The translations under genes were made by a program, and so were the position numbers. Positions 9,907 through 20,429 of a DNA stretch of 64,000 nt are shown here, one piece after another (the first letter of the stretch is position 1; each line of letters opens with the position of its first letter). The stretch lies in NCBI GenBank assembly GCA_965208575.1, contig CBDBOV010000001.1:96001-160000 (forward strand), read 5' to 3'. The DNA comes from Spirochaetia bacterium (GTDB lineage Bacteria; Spirochaetota; Spirochaetia; SZUA-6; Bin103). The notes under the pieces were generated by a model. It saw only the letters and a program-made list of their open reading frames with translations, was not told the origin of the DNA and did not search any database.

Positions 9907-10326
9907 TCATGGGGCGGCCTTCACCGTACCGAGGCGCCGCAGCCGGTGGAGGGTGACCAGCGCCGCACCGGCGGCCGCCCCCACCAGGTTGGCGACCGCA
10001 TCGCCGGTTTCCGGTACCCGCCCGGTGTAGCGCTGGGCCAGTTCCAGGCCCGCCCCGTAGCAGGCGCCGATCAGCAGCGCCGCCCCGCAACGCCGCCACA
10101 CCGCCCACGTCGTGGAGCCCGCGCTCAGCCCGGCGGTCAGCAGCGCGCCGAGCAGCAGGTAGGCGGCCGCGTGCACCACGCGGTCGCGGCCGGCGGCGCT
10201 GGCCCACACCGGCGGCGACGGATACAGGGAGGCCGCCAGCACCAGCAGCGCATACAGCACAAGCGCAATCCGCACCGCGGTGCGGCGATGACTGCGCGCC
10301 GGCGGCGCCGGAACCGGGGCCTGCAC
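9907..10326 (-). CDS. VanZ-like membrane protein
   Basis: DRVVHAAAYLLLG and LELAQRYTGR..GDAVANLVG; four TM helices. Confidence 0.85.
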   Translation of the reverse strand: MQAPVPAPPARSHRRTAVRIALVLYALLVLAASLYPSPPVWASAAGRDRVVHAAAYLLLGALLTAGLSAGSTTWAVWRRCGAALLIGACYGAGLELAQRYTGRVPETGDAVANLVGAAAGAALVTLHRLRRLGTVKAAP

Positions 10327-10370
10327 CGGTCAGCCGGGCAAGTGCGCGCCTGGCGACGACTGTGCGCGCG

Positions 10371-11576
10371 TCAGCCGGCCGCTGCCCGCGCCGCCGTCCC
10401 GGCGCCCTGCCGCGCCGCGGCGGCGCCGTTGACCCGGCCCGGAGCGCCCGCTTCGGCCCCGGCGCCCGCCTCCCCGGCGGCGCCCGTCACCGGCACCATC
10501 CAGCCGTGGCGGTCCTCCAGCGCCCCGTACTGCACGCCCTTCAGCGTCTTCAGAAACCCGCGCGCCACCGGACCGATGGCGCCGTCGCCGAATACCTTCT
10601 CGGTGTCGCCGTGGCGCAGGGAACTGAAGTGGGTCACCCCCGCGGCCGTGCCGGTGCCGAATGCCTCGGCGGCGTCGTCGAGCACCTCCTCCACCGCCAC
10701 CGGGCGCTCCTCCACCGTCATGCCCTCCTCGGCGGCCAGCTCCATGATGGTGCGCCGCGTGATACCGGGCAGGATGGTGTCGCCGAGCGCCGGCGTCACC
10801 AGGCGGCCGTCGCCGAGCACAAAGAACAGGTTGCAGGAGGAGCCCTCCTCCACGTAGCGGTGGTGCTCGGCGTCCAGGAACACGCACTCCATGTACCCGG
10901 CCACCTCCGCCTCGCGCTTCGCGAGCGCGCTGGTCACGTAGTTGGCGCTGCACTTGATCCAGCCGGTGCCGCCGGGGGTGGCGCGCACCCGCCGCGTGGT
11001 GACGGTGGCCGAGCTGCCGCCGTCGGCGAAATAGGAACCGACCCGCGTGGAGATGACCACGAACCAGGGCGCCTGGCTCAGGTTCACGCCGATGCCGCCC
11101 TCGGCCAGCGAGAAGGGCCTTATATATACGGAATGCCCGCTGGCGAAATCGTCGCGCTCCCAGGCCGGGTCGTAGGCGGGCGCGAAGCCGATCGCCTGGT
11201 TGCGCGCCGCCACGCCGCGCGCCGCCTGCACGAACTCGTCCACCGGCACGCCCGGCATGTACAGCCCCTCCATTGAGCGCTTCATGCGGATCGCGTTCTC
11301 GCGCGGGCGGAACAGCTTCAGCGATCCGTCCGGTTGCGGGAACGCCTTCAGGCCCTCGAAGCAGGCCATCGCGTACTGGGTCGAGTAGTTGACCAGCGGC
11401 AGTCCGGGAAACTCGTTGCGCTCGCGGTACAGCCGCTCACGCTCCGCGTCCGGCAGCGCCTCCTCCTCGGCCGGGCTCAGGTGGCGCTTCTCGACATACT
11501 CGGCAGCCCATGCGTCTCCGTCGAACTTGCTCAGGTAGACCCACGGATAGATGGAAAGACTGAATTCGGCAGCCAT
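10371..11576 (-). CDS. ilvE: Branched-chain amino acid aminotransferase (class IV PLP enzyme)
   Basis: CFEGLKAF, LFRPREN, YIRP, KCSANY, EEGSSCNLF, ILPGITRRT, EAFGTGTAA. Confidence 0.93.
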   Translation of the reverse strand: MAAEFSLSIYPWVYLSKFDGDAWAAEYVEKRHLSPAEEEALPDAERERLYRERNEFPGLPLVNYSTQYAMACFEGLKAFPQPDGSLKLFRPRENAIRMKRSMEGLYMPGVPVDEFVQAARGVAARNQAIGFAPAYDPAWERDDFASGHSVYIRPFSLAEGGIGVNLSQAPWFVVISTRVGSYFADGGSSATVTTRRVRATPGGTGWIKCSANYVTSALAKREAEVAGYMECVFLDAEHHRYVEEGSSCNLFFVLGDGRLVTPALGDTILPGITRRTIMELAAEEGMTVEERPVAVEEVLDDAAEAFGTGTAAGVTHFSSLRHGDTEKVFGDGAIGPVARGFLKTLKGVQYGALEDRHGWMVPVTGAAGEAGAGAEAGAPGRVNGAAAARQGAGTAARAAAG

Positions 11577-12179
11577 GGCGAATTGCGATGGTACGACCGC
11601 CGCCGCTCCCGGTCAACCTGTTTCTCAGAGCCGTTTTCCTACGATTTCGTGGCCCCATGCCCCAGTTCCTACCAAAATGTCACTCCCGGGTCGCGTGCTT
11701 GCCGGCTGTGCCGCCCTCGTGTATCCTGTATCGGCTGTTTTCCAACGTGCCGCTTGGCATGGCTATTGCTTCGGCACCCCCAGGAAACGCGTGTTTGACA
11801 GCACTCGCATCATGGTGCAAGGTAGGGGTTCCGCAAGGAGGAACGGGCCGCTTGCAATTGTTTGGACGTGCGGGCATGATGCCCGTTCCGGTGACTGTAC
11901 ACAGTGGTGATTCCATGATACCTTCGCCGCGATGCGCCAGCGGTTGCGCGGGCGTATCCGTAGGAGTATCCTGGAGTTGACCAGCCCCGGGCAAAGGTTG
12001 GGGGCTCGTTTGCCGATAAAGTGAGCGGGCGCTCGATTTCGGGGCGCAACAGGTTGACAACATCCGATTGGGCAGTGCATTATTGCGCCATCGGATAGCG
12101 GGGGCAGGGTTCTGCCGGGCCGTTGGCCCGACTAAAGGCCCGCATTTACAGGCCCCGGCAATAAGTGAAGGAGGAAGTG

Positions 12180-13649
12180 ATGAAGAAACTCTCACTTCTA
12201 CTAGTGGTGCTACTTGCCGCGGGCTCGGCCGGCCTGTATGGGCAAATGGCAATCGGAACGAACTTCAGCATCTCCGGTGATGCTACTGCCACCGTGGGCT
12301 ACGACATCGATGACGAGCAGTTCGGATTCAAGAACGAGTCCAGCGCCAACATCAAGCTTGAGCTCGTCGCCAAGCAGACATCGGTGAAGCCCGAGGAAGC
12401 GATGTCCGGCTGGTACGGCTCGATTGAGTTGAAGGACTTCCAGATCGTCATCAACAGCGACGACGAGGATTCCACCGAGTTCGTGACGACGACCGCTTCG
12501 GTCCCTGCCGGCAAGACGATGCCTGATCCTAAGGGCGTCGAGCAGGAGAAGAAGCGCAGCATGCTGTACGTCGTAGAGCCGACAATCGTCGCCACGCTCA
12601 AGAACGGGCCTCTCTGGCTGCAGATCTTTGATGCGCCTGGCGCCGAGGCTGACCTCATCGCGCACATTGAGGATGACGAGGACGGTGATCATGCTGCGGA
12701 GAGCGATGATGACAAGGCAGACGTCGGGTTGGATCTCGGCAGCCAAGGCATCACCTTCGGCTACACGACCGCCGACCTGAGTATCGCGATTGGTGTCCTC
12801 TCCGAGGTGGCGTATGACTCCGAGTCAGAGGACGGTGTCAAGGACGACCCGAAGACTCTGTACAAGGACGAAACAAAGGCTCCGCACGAGGGCAGCTTCG
12901 CAGTCAGTGCCGATCTGATGGTGAACGTCGGCCCGGCTACGTTGGACTTGGAATTCGTACAGGGAATCGAAGCCAGCAGTGATGCCGAAGCAGCTGACAA
13001 GGATACGGATGATGACACGGGGGTTGGCGTAATGCTGACCACCGACTTCGGTAGGGTCTCTCTCTCCGCTGGCGCAGATGTCCAAATGACCGGTGAAGAT
13101 GACGTTGCGGAGACCAACGTGAATGAGGCGATGCTTTTCGACGCGGGCGGAAGTGCGACCGTTACGCTGACCGATAATACCTCCCTTGAGTCGAGTTTCA
13201 TCCATTCGACCAAGGCTGGCGCAGCTACCGACGTGGAAGTGGTTCTATCCGACAAGAACGGCTTGGTCGAGAATCTCAGCCTTGAGCTCACGTGGGGACT
13301 GTTCGACATCGTTGGCGGGGACGAAGCCGCTACTGCCGCCATGGACAAGAACGACGAATCGGATTTGTTCTTGCAGGGCGATCTGTCTTATGCCATACCG
13401 GTGGGCGACGACATGGGCGACGACGACATGATGATGAAGGGTCCGACGCTGACTCCGGGGACCAAGGTGACCATCAACCAGCTCGACGGTGGTGACGCTA
13501 CTGTCGGCCTGGAGGTTCGGGCGCTCCTGGAGCACGCTATTCCGGCCACCACGTTCGGTTTGAAGTGGGCGACGGACACGCTGTTCGACGCTGGAGCTGC
13601 CTCAGCTGAGCAAGGAACCATTACCCTCTGGACCAAGATCAAGTACTAG
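12180..13649 (+). CDS. Major outer membrane/sheath protein (spirochaetal Msp-like beta-barrel)
   Basis: Strong RBS gaaggagg, Sec signal MKKLSLLLVVLLAAG, SISGDATATVGYDID and FGFKNE N-terminal strands, C-terminal aromatic residue (WTKIKY), distinct codon usage, own terminator. Confidence 0.7.
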   Translation: MKKLSLLLVVLLAAGSAGLYGQMAIGTNFSISGDATATVGYDIDDEQFGFKNESSANIKLELVAKQTSVKPEEAMSGWYGSIELKDFQIVINSDDEDSTEFVTTTASVPAGKTMPDPKGVEQEKKRSMLYVVEPTIVATLKNGPLWLQIFDAPGAEADLIAHIEDDEDGDHAAESDDDKADVGLDLGSQGITFGYTTADLSIAIGVLSEVAYDSESEDGVKDDPKTLYKDETKAPHEGSFAVSADLMVNVGPATLDLEFVQGIEASSDAEAADKDTDDDTGVGVMLTTDFGRVSLSAGADVQMTGEDDVAETNVNEAMLFDAGGSATVTLTDNTSLESSFIHSTKAGAATDVEVVLSDKNGLVENLSLELTWGLFDIVGGDEAATAAMDKNDESDLFLQGDLSYAIPVGDDMGDDDMMMKGPTLTPGTKVTINQLDGGDATVGLEVRALLEHAIPATTFGLKWATDTLFDAGAASAEQGTITLWTKIKY

Positions 13650-13675
13650 GTTTTCGCAGACTCTCGCTAACCATG

Positions 13676-13716
13676 ACGGCGCGTCTCCCTCGGGGGGCGC
13701 GCCGTTTTTCTATTTC
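13676..13716 (+). terminator. Rho-independent terminator
   Basis: Stem acggcgcgtctccc / ggggggcgcgccgt followed by ttttctatttc. Confidence 0.88.
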
Positions 13717-13846
13717 TCGCCTGCAGCGCCCCACTTTTTTTTCCCTCCCGTTGAAGCGGTACCGACGGTATCCCGTTTATAGAGTGTGCGAGAGCGGGTC
13801 CGGCGACCGCGGCGCCGGCTCCGCCGAACTACACGAGGAGGGCTGT

Positions 13847-14242
13847 GTGAACAACCTCAACTCCGTTCTGTTGGAAGGGAACCTGTGTCGGGATCCCGAA
13901 CTTCGCTATACGCCGAAGGGCACGCCGGTGTGCACGCTCGTGGTAGCGTGCAACCGCTCCTACAAGGTGAACGGCGAGCGCCAGGAGGAGGTCTCCTTCG
14001 TCGAGGCCACCACCTGGGGCAAGCTCGCCACCGTGTGCGCCGAGCACCTCACCAAGGGCCGGGGTGTGCGCGTCGTGGGCCGCCTCAAGCAGGAGCGCTG
14101 GGAGGACGGCGACGGCAACACGCGTGCCAAGGTCGTGATCGTGGCCGAGCACGTCGAGTTTCAGCCACGGCGGCGTGAGGCCGGTGCCGACCAGGAGTCC
14201 ACCGCCGACCAGGAAGTGCCGGCCGCCGAGCTGGCGTCGTAA
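13847..14242 (+). CDS. ssb: Single-stranded DNA-binding protein
   Basis: RBS gaggag then GTG; NSVLLEGNLCRDPELRYT, KGRGVRVVGRLKQERW (OB fold). Confidence 0.95.
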   Translation: MNNLNSVLLEGNLCRDPELRYTPKGTPVCTLVVACNRSYKVNGERQEEVSFVEATTWGKLATVCAEHLTKGRGVRVVGRLKQERWEDGDGNTRAKVVIVAEHVEFQPRRREAGADQESTADQEVPAAELAS

Positions 14243-14525
14243 ACGTCCGCCGGCCAGCGGGAGTCGGAGGGGCAAGCGCCATCGGGCGCACCCGCCCGGC
14301 TCCCGCTGCCGGCCCCCGGTTCAAGCCACTACCCGAGCAAACCCGCCCAGTTCGTTGACGGCCGCCGCGCAACCGAGCAGCGTCCGATCCGCCGTGGCCC
14401 GAGGAGGCGCTCCGAAACGCCGCGCATCGCCGGCGCATCGGCGACGCTCACGCTGTGTACGGCCACCATCACGGCCGCTTGTTCTGGACGCAGTACCATT
14501 GCGCGGTTACCGTGATGCAATCTGG

Positions 14526-14936
14526 ATGCAGTCTGGTGCCGAGTCTTCGGAGAGATTCGATGAGGTGCTGCGGTCGATCGACCGGCTTGGAGCGCGCTGG
14601 GGAGTCCGCAACGAAATCCTGTTCCGCCGGACCATCGCGGAGCGGATCGTGAAGTCGTTCGGGGTCGGTGTCGAGCAGCGCACCATCGCCGGTGAGCAGT
14701 TCGGCGTGGTGGTCCACGGCCACCAGCACGTGCTGGTCGAGATCGTCGACAGCGTTGGACCCACCATTCAGACGCGCCTCGAACGCAAGTGCCGGCGCTA
14801 TGAGGAGTTCACCGGCGTGCGCCCCGCGCGTGTCATACTCGCCACGGCCTGGATCCACAGCGACCGCGCTCACCGGTTGAAGCAGGCCGGAATCGAGGTC
14901 ATCGAGCCGGAGGAACTCGACGACTCACCGGAGTGA
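14526..14936 (+). CDS. DUF3782-like PD-(D/E)XK family protein (short, possibly degenerate)
   Basis: LGARWG motif, HVLVEI, LERK..YEEFTG, AGIEVI. Confidence 0.6.
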   Translation: MQSGAESSERFDEVLRSIDRLGARWGVRNEILFRRTIAERIVKSFGVGVEQRTIAGEQFGVVVHGHQHVLVEIVDSVGPTIQTRLERKCRRYEEFTGVRPARVILATAWIHSDRAHRLKQAGIEVIEPEELDDSPE

Positions 14937-15028
14937 GGCGTGCGTGTGAACCGGCAGGGGATTGATTTTCGGCGCACAGGTGCCGACTCTCGATTGACGG
15001 CGGCGGCGCTGGAACGTATGGTCAACAT

Positions 15029-15730
15029 GTGTCGGCTCCTTGCTCGTCGCCCACGACTACTTTCAACCGATGCGCGCGCATCCGCTGGCTGGTTCGCGGC
15101 GGGTGGATCGTTGCCCTGTGCGCGCTGCTGGCTCCGGTGGCGGGCGGCTGTGCGGGCCGCGCGGAGGAGCGCGCTGCGCAGGTTCCCACTGGCCCGACGG
15201 CGATTTCCGCCTGCATTGCGCGGGAAGGGAACCTGCCGGCCGAAGCCACCCTCGTGCGCGGCGCCGGGCGCTACCACCTGACCCTGGTAGCCGCCGGCGG
15301 CGGCGCCGAACGCTCCGTCGTGGGCACCCTGGAACTGGCCGACAACGAGCCCTCCCTCCGCCGGCTGCCGGCGACCGGCAACGCGCCGGCGGACGAGACG
15401 GTGCTGCTGCCGCTGCACGGCTGGGCGGCCATCGACCTGGCGGCGGTGGACGCCCTGGAGATCGGCGACATCGGTTCGCGCGATCCGCAGCAGCCGGGCG
15501 TGCTGGTGCTGGAGCAGCGGCCCGGCGCCGACGGCCCGGTCGCCATCACCCTGCGCTTCGGTTCGCTGGCCAACCGCCGCCACGGGCCGCAAGCGATCGA
15601 CGGCGGCTACATGGCGCTGCACGTCGCCCACGTCGCCGCGTGGGGCAGCTTCGCCGGCACCTGGTCGAGCGGCGTCCACGCCCGCCGCGCCTCGGGCCAC
15701 TTCTGCGCCACCCGCCTCCCGCAAGTGTAA
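15029..15730 (+). CDS. Hypothetical lipoprotein
   Basis: Hydrophobic stretch followed by lipobox-like AGGC; GC3-biased codons. Confidence 0.6.
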   Translation: MSAPCSSPTTTFNRCARIRWLVRGGWIVALCALLAPVAGGCAGRAEERAAQVPTGPTAISACIAREGNLPAEATLVRGAGRYHLTLVAAGGGAERSVVGTLELADNEPSLRRLPATGNAPADETVLLPLHGWAAIDLAAVDALEIGDIGSRDPQQPGVLVLEQRPGADGPVAITLRFGSLANRRHGPQAIDGGYMALHVAHVAAWGSFAGTWSSGVHARRASGHFCATRLPQV

Positions 15731-17279
15731 GCGGCGCGGCTGCTACGGTGCGGCCGGGAAAGTTGGGTTGCAGGTCGAGCGCGGCCTCGTTCTCCCGGTA
15801 CACGCGGCCGGTGCCATACATGCGGCCGTCTCGGGACATGCGCATGCGGAACACCTCGTTGCCGGCGGTGTCCACCTCGCTCACCGCGATCCTCGGTCCG
15901 TTGCTGCCCCAGGTAATCAGCCAGTTTCCGCTCGGCAGAGCGGTCACGCCGCCGCCGGAGGTCGCAAAACCGTCCGCCTCCGGCAGCCGGTACTCGCGCA
16001 CGAAGCGCGCCGCGGTGCCGGAAGAGATGTCGTACTCCACGATGCGGGTCACCTCCGGCAGTTCCTTGCGCGGCCCGAGGCAGTGGTTGCCGTTGTCGAA
16101 CATCAGCAGCGACCCCGCCGGCGTCGCGGTCACGTGGTGCTGGCCGCAGAACTCGCCGAGCGGATCGTTTTCCACCGGCAGGTAGCGGGCGGCGCCGGTC
16201 GACGGCGCCGGGCGGTCGGCCCGCATCGGCACCGAGCCGCCGATCTGCCACACCACGGCGCCGGTGGCGCGCTCGATGCGCAACACCTGCGCACAGCCGC
16301 GCAGCCCGGCCACGATGTCGCCGTTCAGTTCGTGCAGCGAGTTGAGGTGCGCGTAGTCGTTCGGGAAGCGATGGATCGTGCAGTCGGCGATCTTGACGTG
16401 GTCCCACGAATTCCAGCGCCACACCTCGCTCCCGTCGGGCGCGACCTCCTGGATGATCGAGTCGTCGGCGGGCTCCGCGGTCGAGCACGGCCGGGTGGTG
16501 CCGTCGTCGTCTCGGCAGTTGAAGCCGCTCAGGTCACGTGGCGCCGGGTAGTAGGACATCTGCAGGTAGGTGCCGTCGTCGGTGATCAGAAAGTCGTGGC
16601 CGCCGGTGTGTTCAGGCAGCAGCGGGTCGACCAGGGTGACGGTGGCGATACGGTTGAGCGCGGCGTCCAGGATGACGGTGCGTTCCACCCCGTCGGCGCC
16701 GCGTTCGGAGAAGGAGAAGCGGCCGTCGGGGTAGCGCCGGAAGTTGCGCGCGTACACGTTGGGCCGCATCACCCGGCGCGGCACCCCGTTGTTGTCCATG
16801 ATGGCCAGGAACGAGATGTCGGTCCTGCGCACGCCGGGGGTCATCAGCAAAAGGCCGTCGGTCACGGCTGCGGTGCGCTTCTCGATGGTGATGTCCGGGA
16901 AACTGGGCGGAATGCAGTGCAGGTAGTAGGTGGACGTGGCCTGCCCGCTGCGAATCTCGATTGCGAGGTCGTGGCCGCTGTCGGCCGTGACCGTCTCCGC
17001 GATCGCCCCGACCGCCGTCCGACCGCTGTGCAGCATCGTCAGGCGGGCGTCGCCGTCCACGGCCCGCGCGCTGACCTCGAGCCTCGTTCCCTCCGCGCAC
17101 CGCACGGCGTAGTGGTGCACGGCGGGATCGAATGCCGGATACCAGCCCGCTGCGCCGGCCACTTCGAGCGACTCCAGCGCCCCGCGTACCGCGTCCGCTC
17201 GCTCCGCGCCCGGCGCCGGGCAGCCGATCGTAAGCAACGCAGCGAAGGCGATGCCGAGAGCCGCAAGAACCCGGAGCAC
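15546..17279 (-). CDS. Aryl-sulfate sulfotransferase (ASST) family lipoprotein
   Basis: Lipobox LLTIGC; GGHDF, YAHLNS, GLRGC and CGQHH motifs; DNGN. Homology to the paralogue ends at ~15756. Confidence 0.85.
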   Translation of the reverse strand: MLRVLAALGIAFAALLTIGCPAPGAERADAVRGALESLEVAGAAGWYPAFDPAVHHYAVRCAEGTRLEVSARAVDGDARLTMLHSGRTAVGAIAETVTADSGHDLAIEIRSGQATSTYYLHCIPPSFPDITIEKRTAAVTDGLLLMTPGVRRTDISFLAIMDNNGVPRRVMRPNVYARNFRRYPDGRFSFSERGADGVERTVILDAALNRIATVTLVDPLLPEHTGGHDFLITDDGTYLQMSYYPAPRDLSGFNCRDDDGTTRPCSTAEPADDSIIQEVAPDGSEVWRWNSWDHVKIADCTIHRFPNDYAHLNSLHELNGDIVAGLRGCAQVLRIERATGAVVWQIGGSVPMRADRPAPSTGAARYLPVENDPLGEFCGQHHVTATPAGSLLMFDNGNHCLGPRKELPEVTRIVEYDISSGTAARFVREYRLPEADGFATSGGGVTALPSGNWLITWGSNGPRIAVSEVDTAGNEVFRMRMSRDGRMYGTGRVYRENEAALDLQPNFPGRTVAAAPLTLAGGGWRRSGPRRGGRGRRSTRCRRSCPTRRRGRRAAPCSRRRSLAARGGGWPANRSAG

Positions 17280-17287
17280 GTCTCCTC

Positions 17288-17878
17288 CTACGAGTACATG
17301 GGCCCGTCGCCGTCGTGCAACTCGACGGTCAACACGTAGTCACCGGTGGAGCCGCCCTCTCCCGTCACGCGAATGTAGTAGCGGCGAAACTTCTCGCCGG
17401 CTTCGGGAGCGGGAAGTTTCCCCTCCCACACGAAGTTGCCCGACGGTTCCATGCCGTTGAACGCCGCGCTGCGGTCGTCGTTGTGCGCGGTGTCCGCGTC
17501 GTACGAGAAGATACAGGGCCCGGCGGCATCGTCTCCCTCACACGCCGCGGTGATCGCCGTCCGGTCGGCGGTTTGCACCTGGCCGGCCGTGTCGGTGGTG
17601 CCGGCGGTCATCACGATAACCGAGGCGAAGTCGCGCTTGATTCGCAGCTCGAAATAGTCGGCGTCCTCCGCATTCTCGATGCGTCCGTCCGCCTGGAAGT
17701 CGGGGCCGGAGGCGGCATCCTCCCGGATCACCAGCAGGATGGCGTCCGCGGGCTTCGCCGGGGCGGCGGCGCTGCAGCCGCTCAACAGCAGCGCAATCCC
17801 GAGCGCCATTGCCACCGCCGCGACCAGGCCGACCGGGGTCCTGGCTGCGGCTCTGTCGATCAATCTCAACCGTGCCAT
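17288..17878 (-). CDS. Hypothetical lipoprotein (PPC-like beta-sandwich)
   Basis: Lipobox LLLSGC; DADYFEL and YYIRVTG..TGDYVLTVE. Co-oriented with ASST, 8-bp gap. Confidence 0.65.
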   Translation of the reverse strand: MARLRLIDRAAARTPVGLVAAVAMALGIALLLSGCSAAAPAKPADAILLVIREDAASGPDFQADGRIENAEDADYFELRIKRDFASVIVMTAGTTDTAGQVQTADRTAITAACEGDDAAGPCIFSYDADTAHNDDRSAAFNGMEPSGNFVWEGKLPAPEAGEKFRRYYIRVTGEGGSTGDYVLTVELHDGDGPMYS

Positions 17879-17975
17879 GCGAACTCTCCGGCCGAGTTAT
17901 AGGTGCTGCAGCACTCGGTGGTCAACGGGCCACCGCCCGTGACGTAATTGGACATCGGGTACAATTTATGATAAG

Positions 17976-20348
17976 TTGACCATTGGATCGGCCATGCTGT
18001 CAACCGTCACGAATCGGAGACGCACGGCCCGCGGTCGCCTGTACCCGGTGCCGATCGGCGGCGTGCCGCGCCGCGTCTGCCGGTCGGAGCGCCGTCCGTC
18101 TCCGTCGGCACAGCGCGCGCTGCCTCGGGGCGCGTGGGTGCCGGCCGCGCTCATGGCGCTGCTGGCCGTGGCCGTGGCCGGGTGCTCGGTGGCGTCCGTC
18201 GACGACGCCAGGCGGCAGGCGCAGGACGCCGCGCGGCAGGATGAGCCGGGGCAGCAACCCGATGCCCCGCCCGGCGGCGACCAGCCGGACGGGCCTGCGG
18301 CGCTGGCGATAGCGGACGCGAGCGCACCCGCGTCCGCCGGCGTGCTGGCCTTCCCGGTGACCCTGAGCGGCACGGTCAGCGCCGCCGTCACGGTGGCGTA
18401 TGAGACCGGGGACGGCACGGCACTGGCAGAACAGCACTATACGGCCGCGAGCGGCACGCTGACGCTCGGTGATGGCGCCAGGTCGGCCTCGGTCGAGGTG
18501 GCGATTCTCGACGGCGAAATCGAACAGGGAGCATCCAAGTCGTTCTCGGTCACGCTGAGCAACCCCACCGGCGCCACGCTGTCGAACGCTACCGCCACCG
18601 GCACGATCACCGGCGGCGGCGAGTCGACCGCCACCGGCCCCGGCGGTCCTGCCGGTCCCACGAGCCCCACCGGCCCCGGCGGTCCTACCAGTCCCACGAG
18701 CCCCACGAGCCCCGGCGGTCCAGGCGGTCCCACCGACCCGGTCGCCCCCGGCGATCACTGCAACCCCGGCGCCCGCGGCGTCCGTGGCGACCCCGGCAGG
18801 CATCCCGACACCAGCGACTCGGGCCCGCTCGCGCTGTCTTCCCTGGCGGTCACCTGCGGCGGCACCATGTACCCGCCGTTCGCCGCCGACACCCTGCACT
18901 ACGCGCTGACCTGCCACGGTTCACCCACGCTCGGCGTCACGGCCAGCACCGGGCGGGCCGGTGCAAAGCTCACGTTGCGGCGCAAGGACAGCTCCCGCAA
19001 CACGGTCTCGACCACCGGCGTCCTGAACGCGAGCGTCCCGGTCGGCGGCAACCACGACGTGGCGATCGAGGTCAGTGACGGCAGCGAGAGCAAAACCTAC
19101 GTCGTGCACTGCCTGCCCGCCGCCTTCCCGACCATCGAGATTCTTACCCGGACCAGCCAGGTCAAGGACGGGCTGCTGCTCCTCACCCCGGCCTACGGCG
19201 GCTACAGCACGCGCACCACGTTCATGGCGGTGGTCGACAACAACGGGGTGCCGAGGTTCCATCGGCTGCTTACCGACACCAGCTTCTGGGCCATGGACTT
19301 CAGGCACCACGGCAGCGGAGTCTTCTCGGTGGCGCGCCGGGATGCATACAACCTCAACGATTCGCCGTTCGGCAACTGGGAGATAGACCTGCTCAACAAG
19401 CGGCTTGAAGTCACCGCTAGCGTTACCACGGTGTCGCCCCTGTCGCAGACCGACGGCCACGAGTTCCTGATCGCAGCGAACGGCGACTACGTGATGCTGT
19501 CCTACTACGACGACGAGCCGCGCGACTTCTCCGACCACGGGGGAAGCATGACCGAGACGGTGGCCGATTCGGTCATCCAGCGCCGCGGCTCGGGCGCCAC
19601 CGGCACGTCGTCGTTCACGTGGAACTCCTGGGATCACCGCGCCGCGCTGCAGTGGGGCAACGACTGCAAGGTCGGGATGTTTCCCCCCGACAACTTCGCG
19701 GGGCCGTCGGGATACGCTCACATCAACGGGGTGCAGCTCCTGTCCGACGGGGACTACGTGGCGTCGTCGCGCGGCTGCGCGCAGGTGTTGCGGATCGACG
19801 GCACGACCGGCAGCGTGGAGTGGAAGCTCGGCGGCACGGCGCCGCCGGAGAATTCGGCCACCGAGCACCTGGAGCTGGTCGAGCACTCGGACAGTGCCGT
19901 CGTCGAGGAGTTCTGCGGCCAGCACCACGTCACGCTGACCTCGAAGGACACGGTGGTGATGTACGACAACGGCGAACAGTGCCTGGGCGCGCGCAAGAAC
20001 ACCACCCCGTTCTCGCGCGCGGTGGAATACGACATATCGTCCGGCACCCAGGCGAAGTACGAGCGCGAGTACCGTCTGCCCGACGCGCAGGGCTACTTCC
20101 CCTACCGCGGCGGGGTCCACGTACTGGACGGCTTCGGCGGCAGCGTGCACTGGCTGATAAGCTGGGGCGGCGACGCCGAGGACCGAACCATCGCGCTGAA
20201 CAAGACCATCGCGGTCAGCGAAGTCGACCCGGCCACCGGCACCGCCCACCTGGAAGTGAACATGCGCACGGCTACCGACGATGCCTGGACCTACCGCGCG
20301 TACCGCATCTCCGCGAGCGACGTGGACATTCCCCTGAACCTCCCATAA
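17976..20348 (+). CDS. ASST family lipoprotein with Calx-beta domain and Pro/Thr/Gly linker
   Basis: Lipobox VAVAGC; Calx-beta (FPVTLS..VAYETGDGTA..YTAASGTLT..FSVTLSNP); DGHEF, YAHING, SSRGC, CGQHH. Start uncertain. Confidence 0.85.
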   Translation: MTIGSAMLSTVTNRRRTARGRLYPVPIGGVPRRVCRSERRPSPSAQRALPRGAWVPAALMALLAVAVAGCSVASVDDARRQAQDAARQDEPGQQPDAPPGGDQPDGPAALAIADASAPASAGVLAFPVTLSGTVSAAVTVAYETGDGTALAEQHYTAASGTLTLGDGARSASVEVAILDGEIEQGASKSFSVTLSNPTGATLSNATATGTITGGGESTATGPGGPAGPTSPTGPGGPTSPTSPTSPGGPGGPTDPVAPGDHCNPGARGVRGDPGRHPDTSDSGPLALSSLAVTCGGTMYPPFAADTLHYALTCHGSPTLGVTASTGRAGAKLTLRRKDSSRNTVSTTGVLNASVPVGGNHDVAIEVSDGSESKTYVVHCLPAAFPTIEILTRTSQVKDGLLLLTPAYGGYSTRTTFMAVVDNNGVPRFHRLLTDTSFWAMDFRHHGSGVFSVARRDAYNLNDSPFGNWEIDLLNKRLEVTASVTTVSPLSQTDGHEFLIAANGDYVMLSYYDDEPRDFSDHGGSMTETVADSVIQRRGSGATGTSSFTWNSWDHRAALQWGNDCKVGMFPPDNFAGPSGYAHINGVQLLSDGDYVASSRGCAQVLRIDGTTGSVEWKLGGTAPPENSATEHLELVEHSDSAVVEEFCGQHHVTLTSKDTVVMYDNGEQCLGARKNTTPFSRAVEYDISSGTQAKYEREYRLPDAQGYFPYRGGVHVLDGFGGSVHWLISWGGDAEDRTIALNKTIAVSEVDPATGTAHLEVNMRTATDDAWTYRAYRISASDVDIPLNLP

Positions 20349-20429
20349 CGCGAGCACCCCCGGCATCAAGCGCGGTGCTGACGGCGGTCGACAACGGGGC
20401 GTGGCGTCTCGTACTGTCAGGGCTCATGA

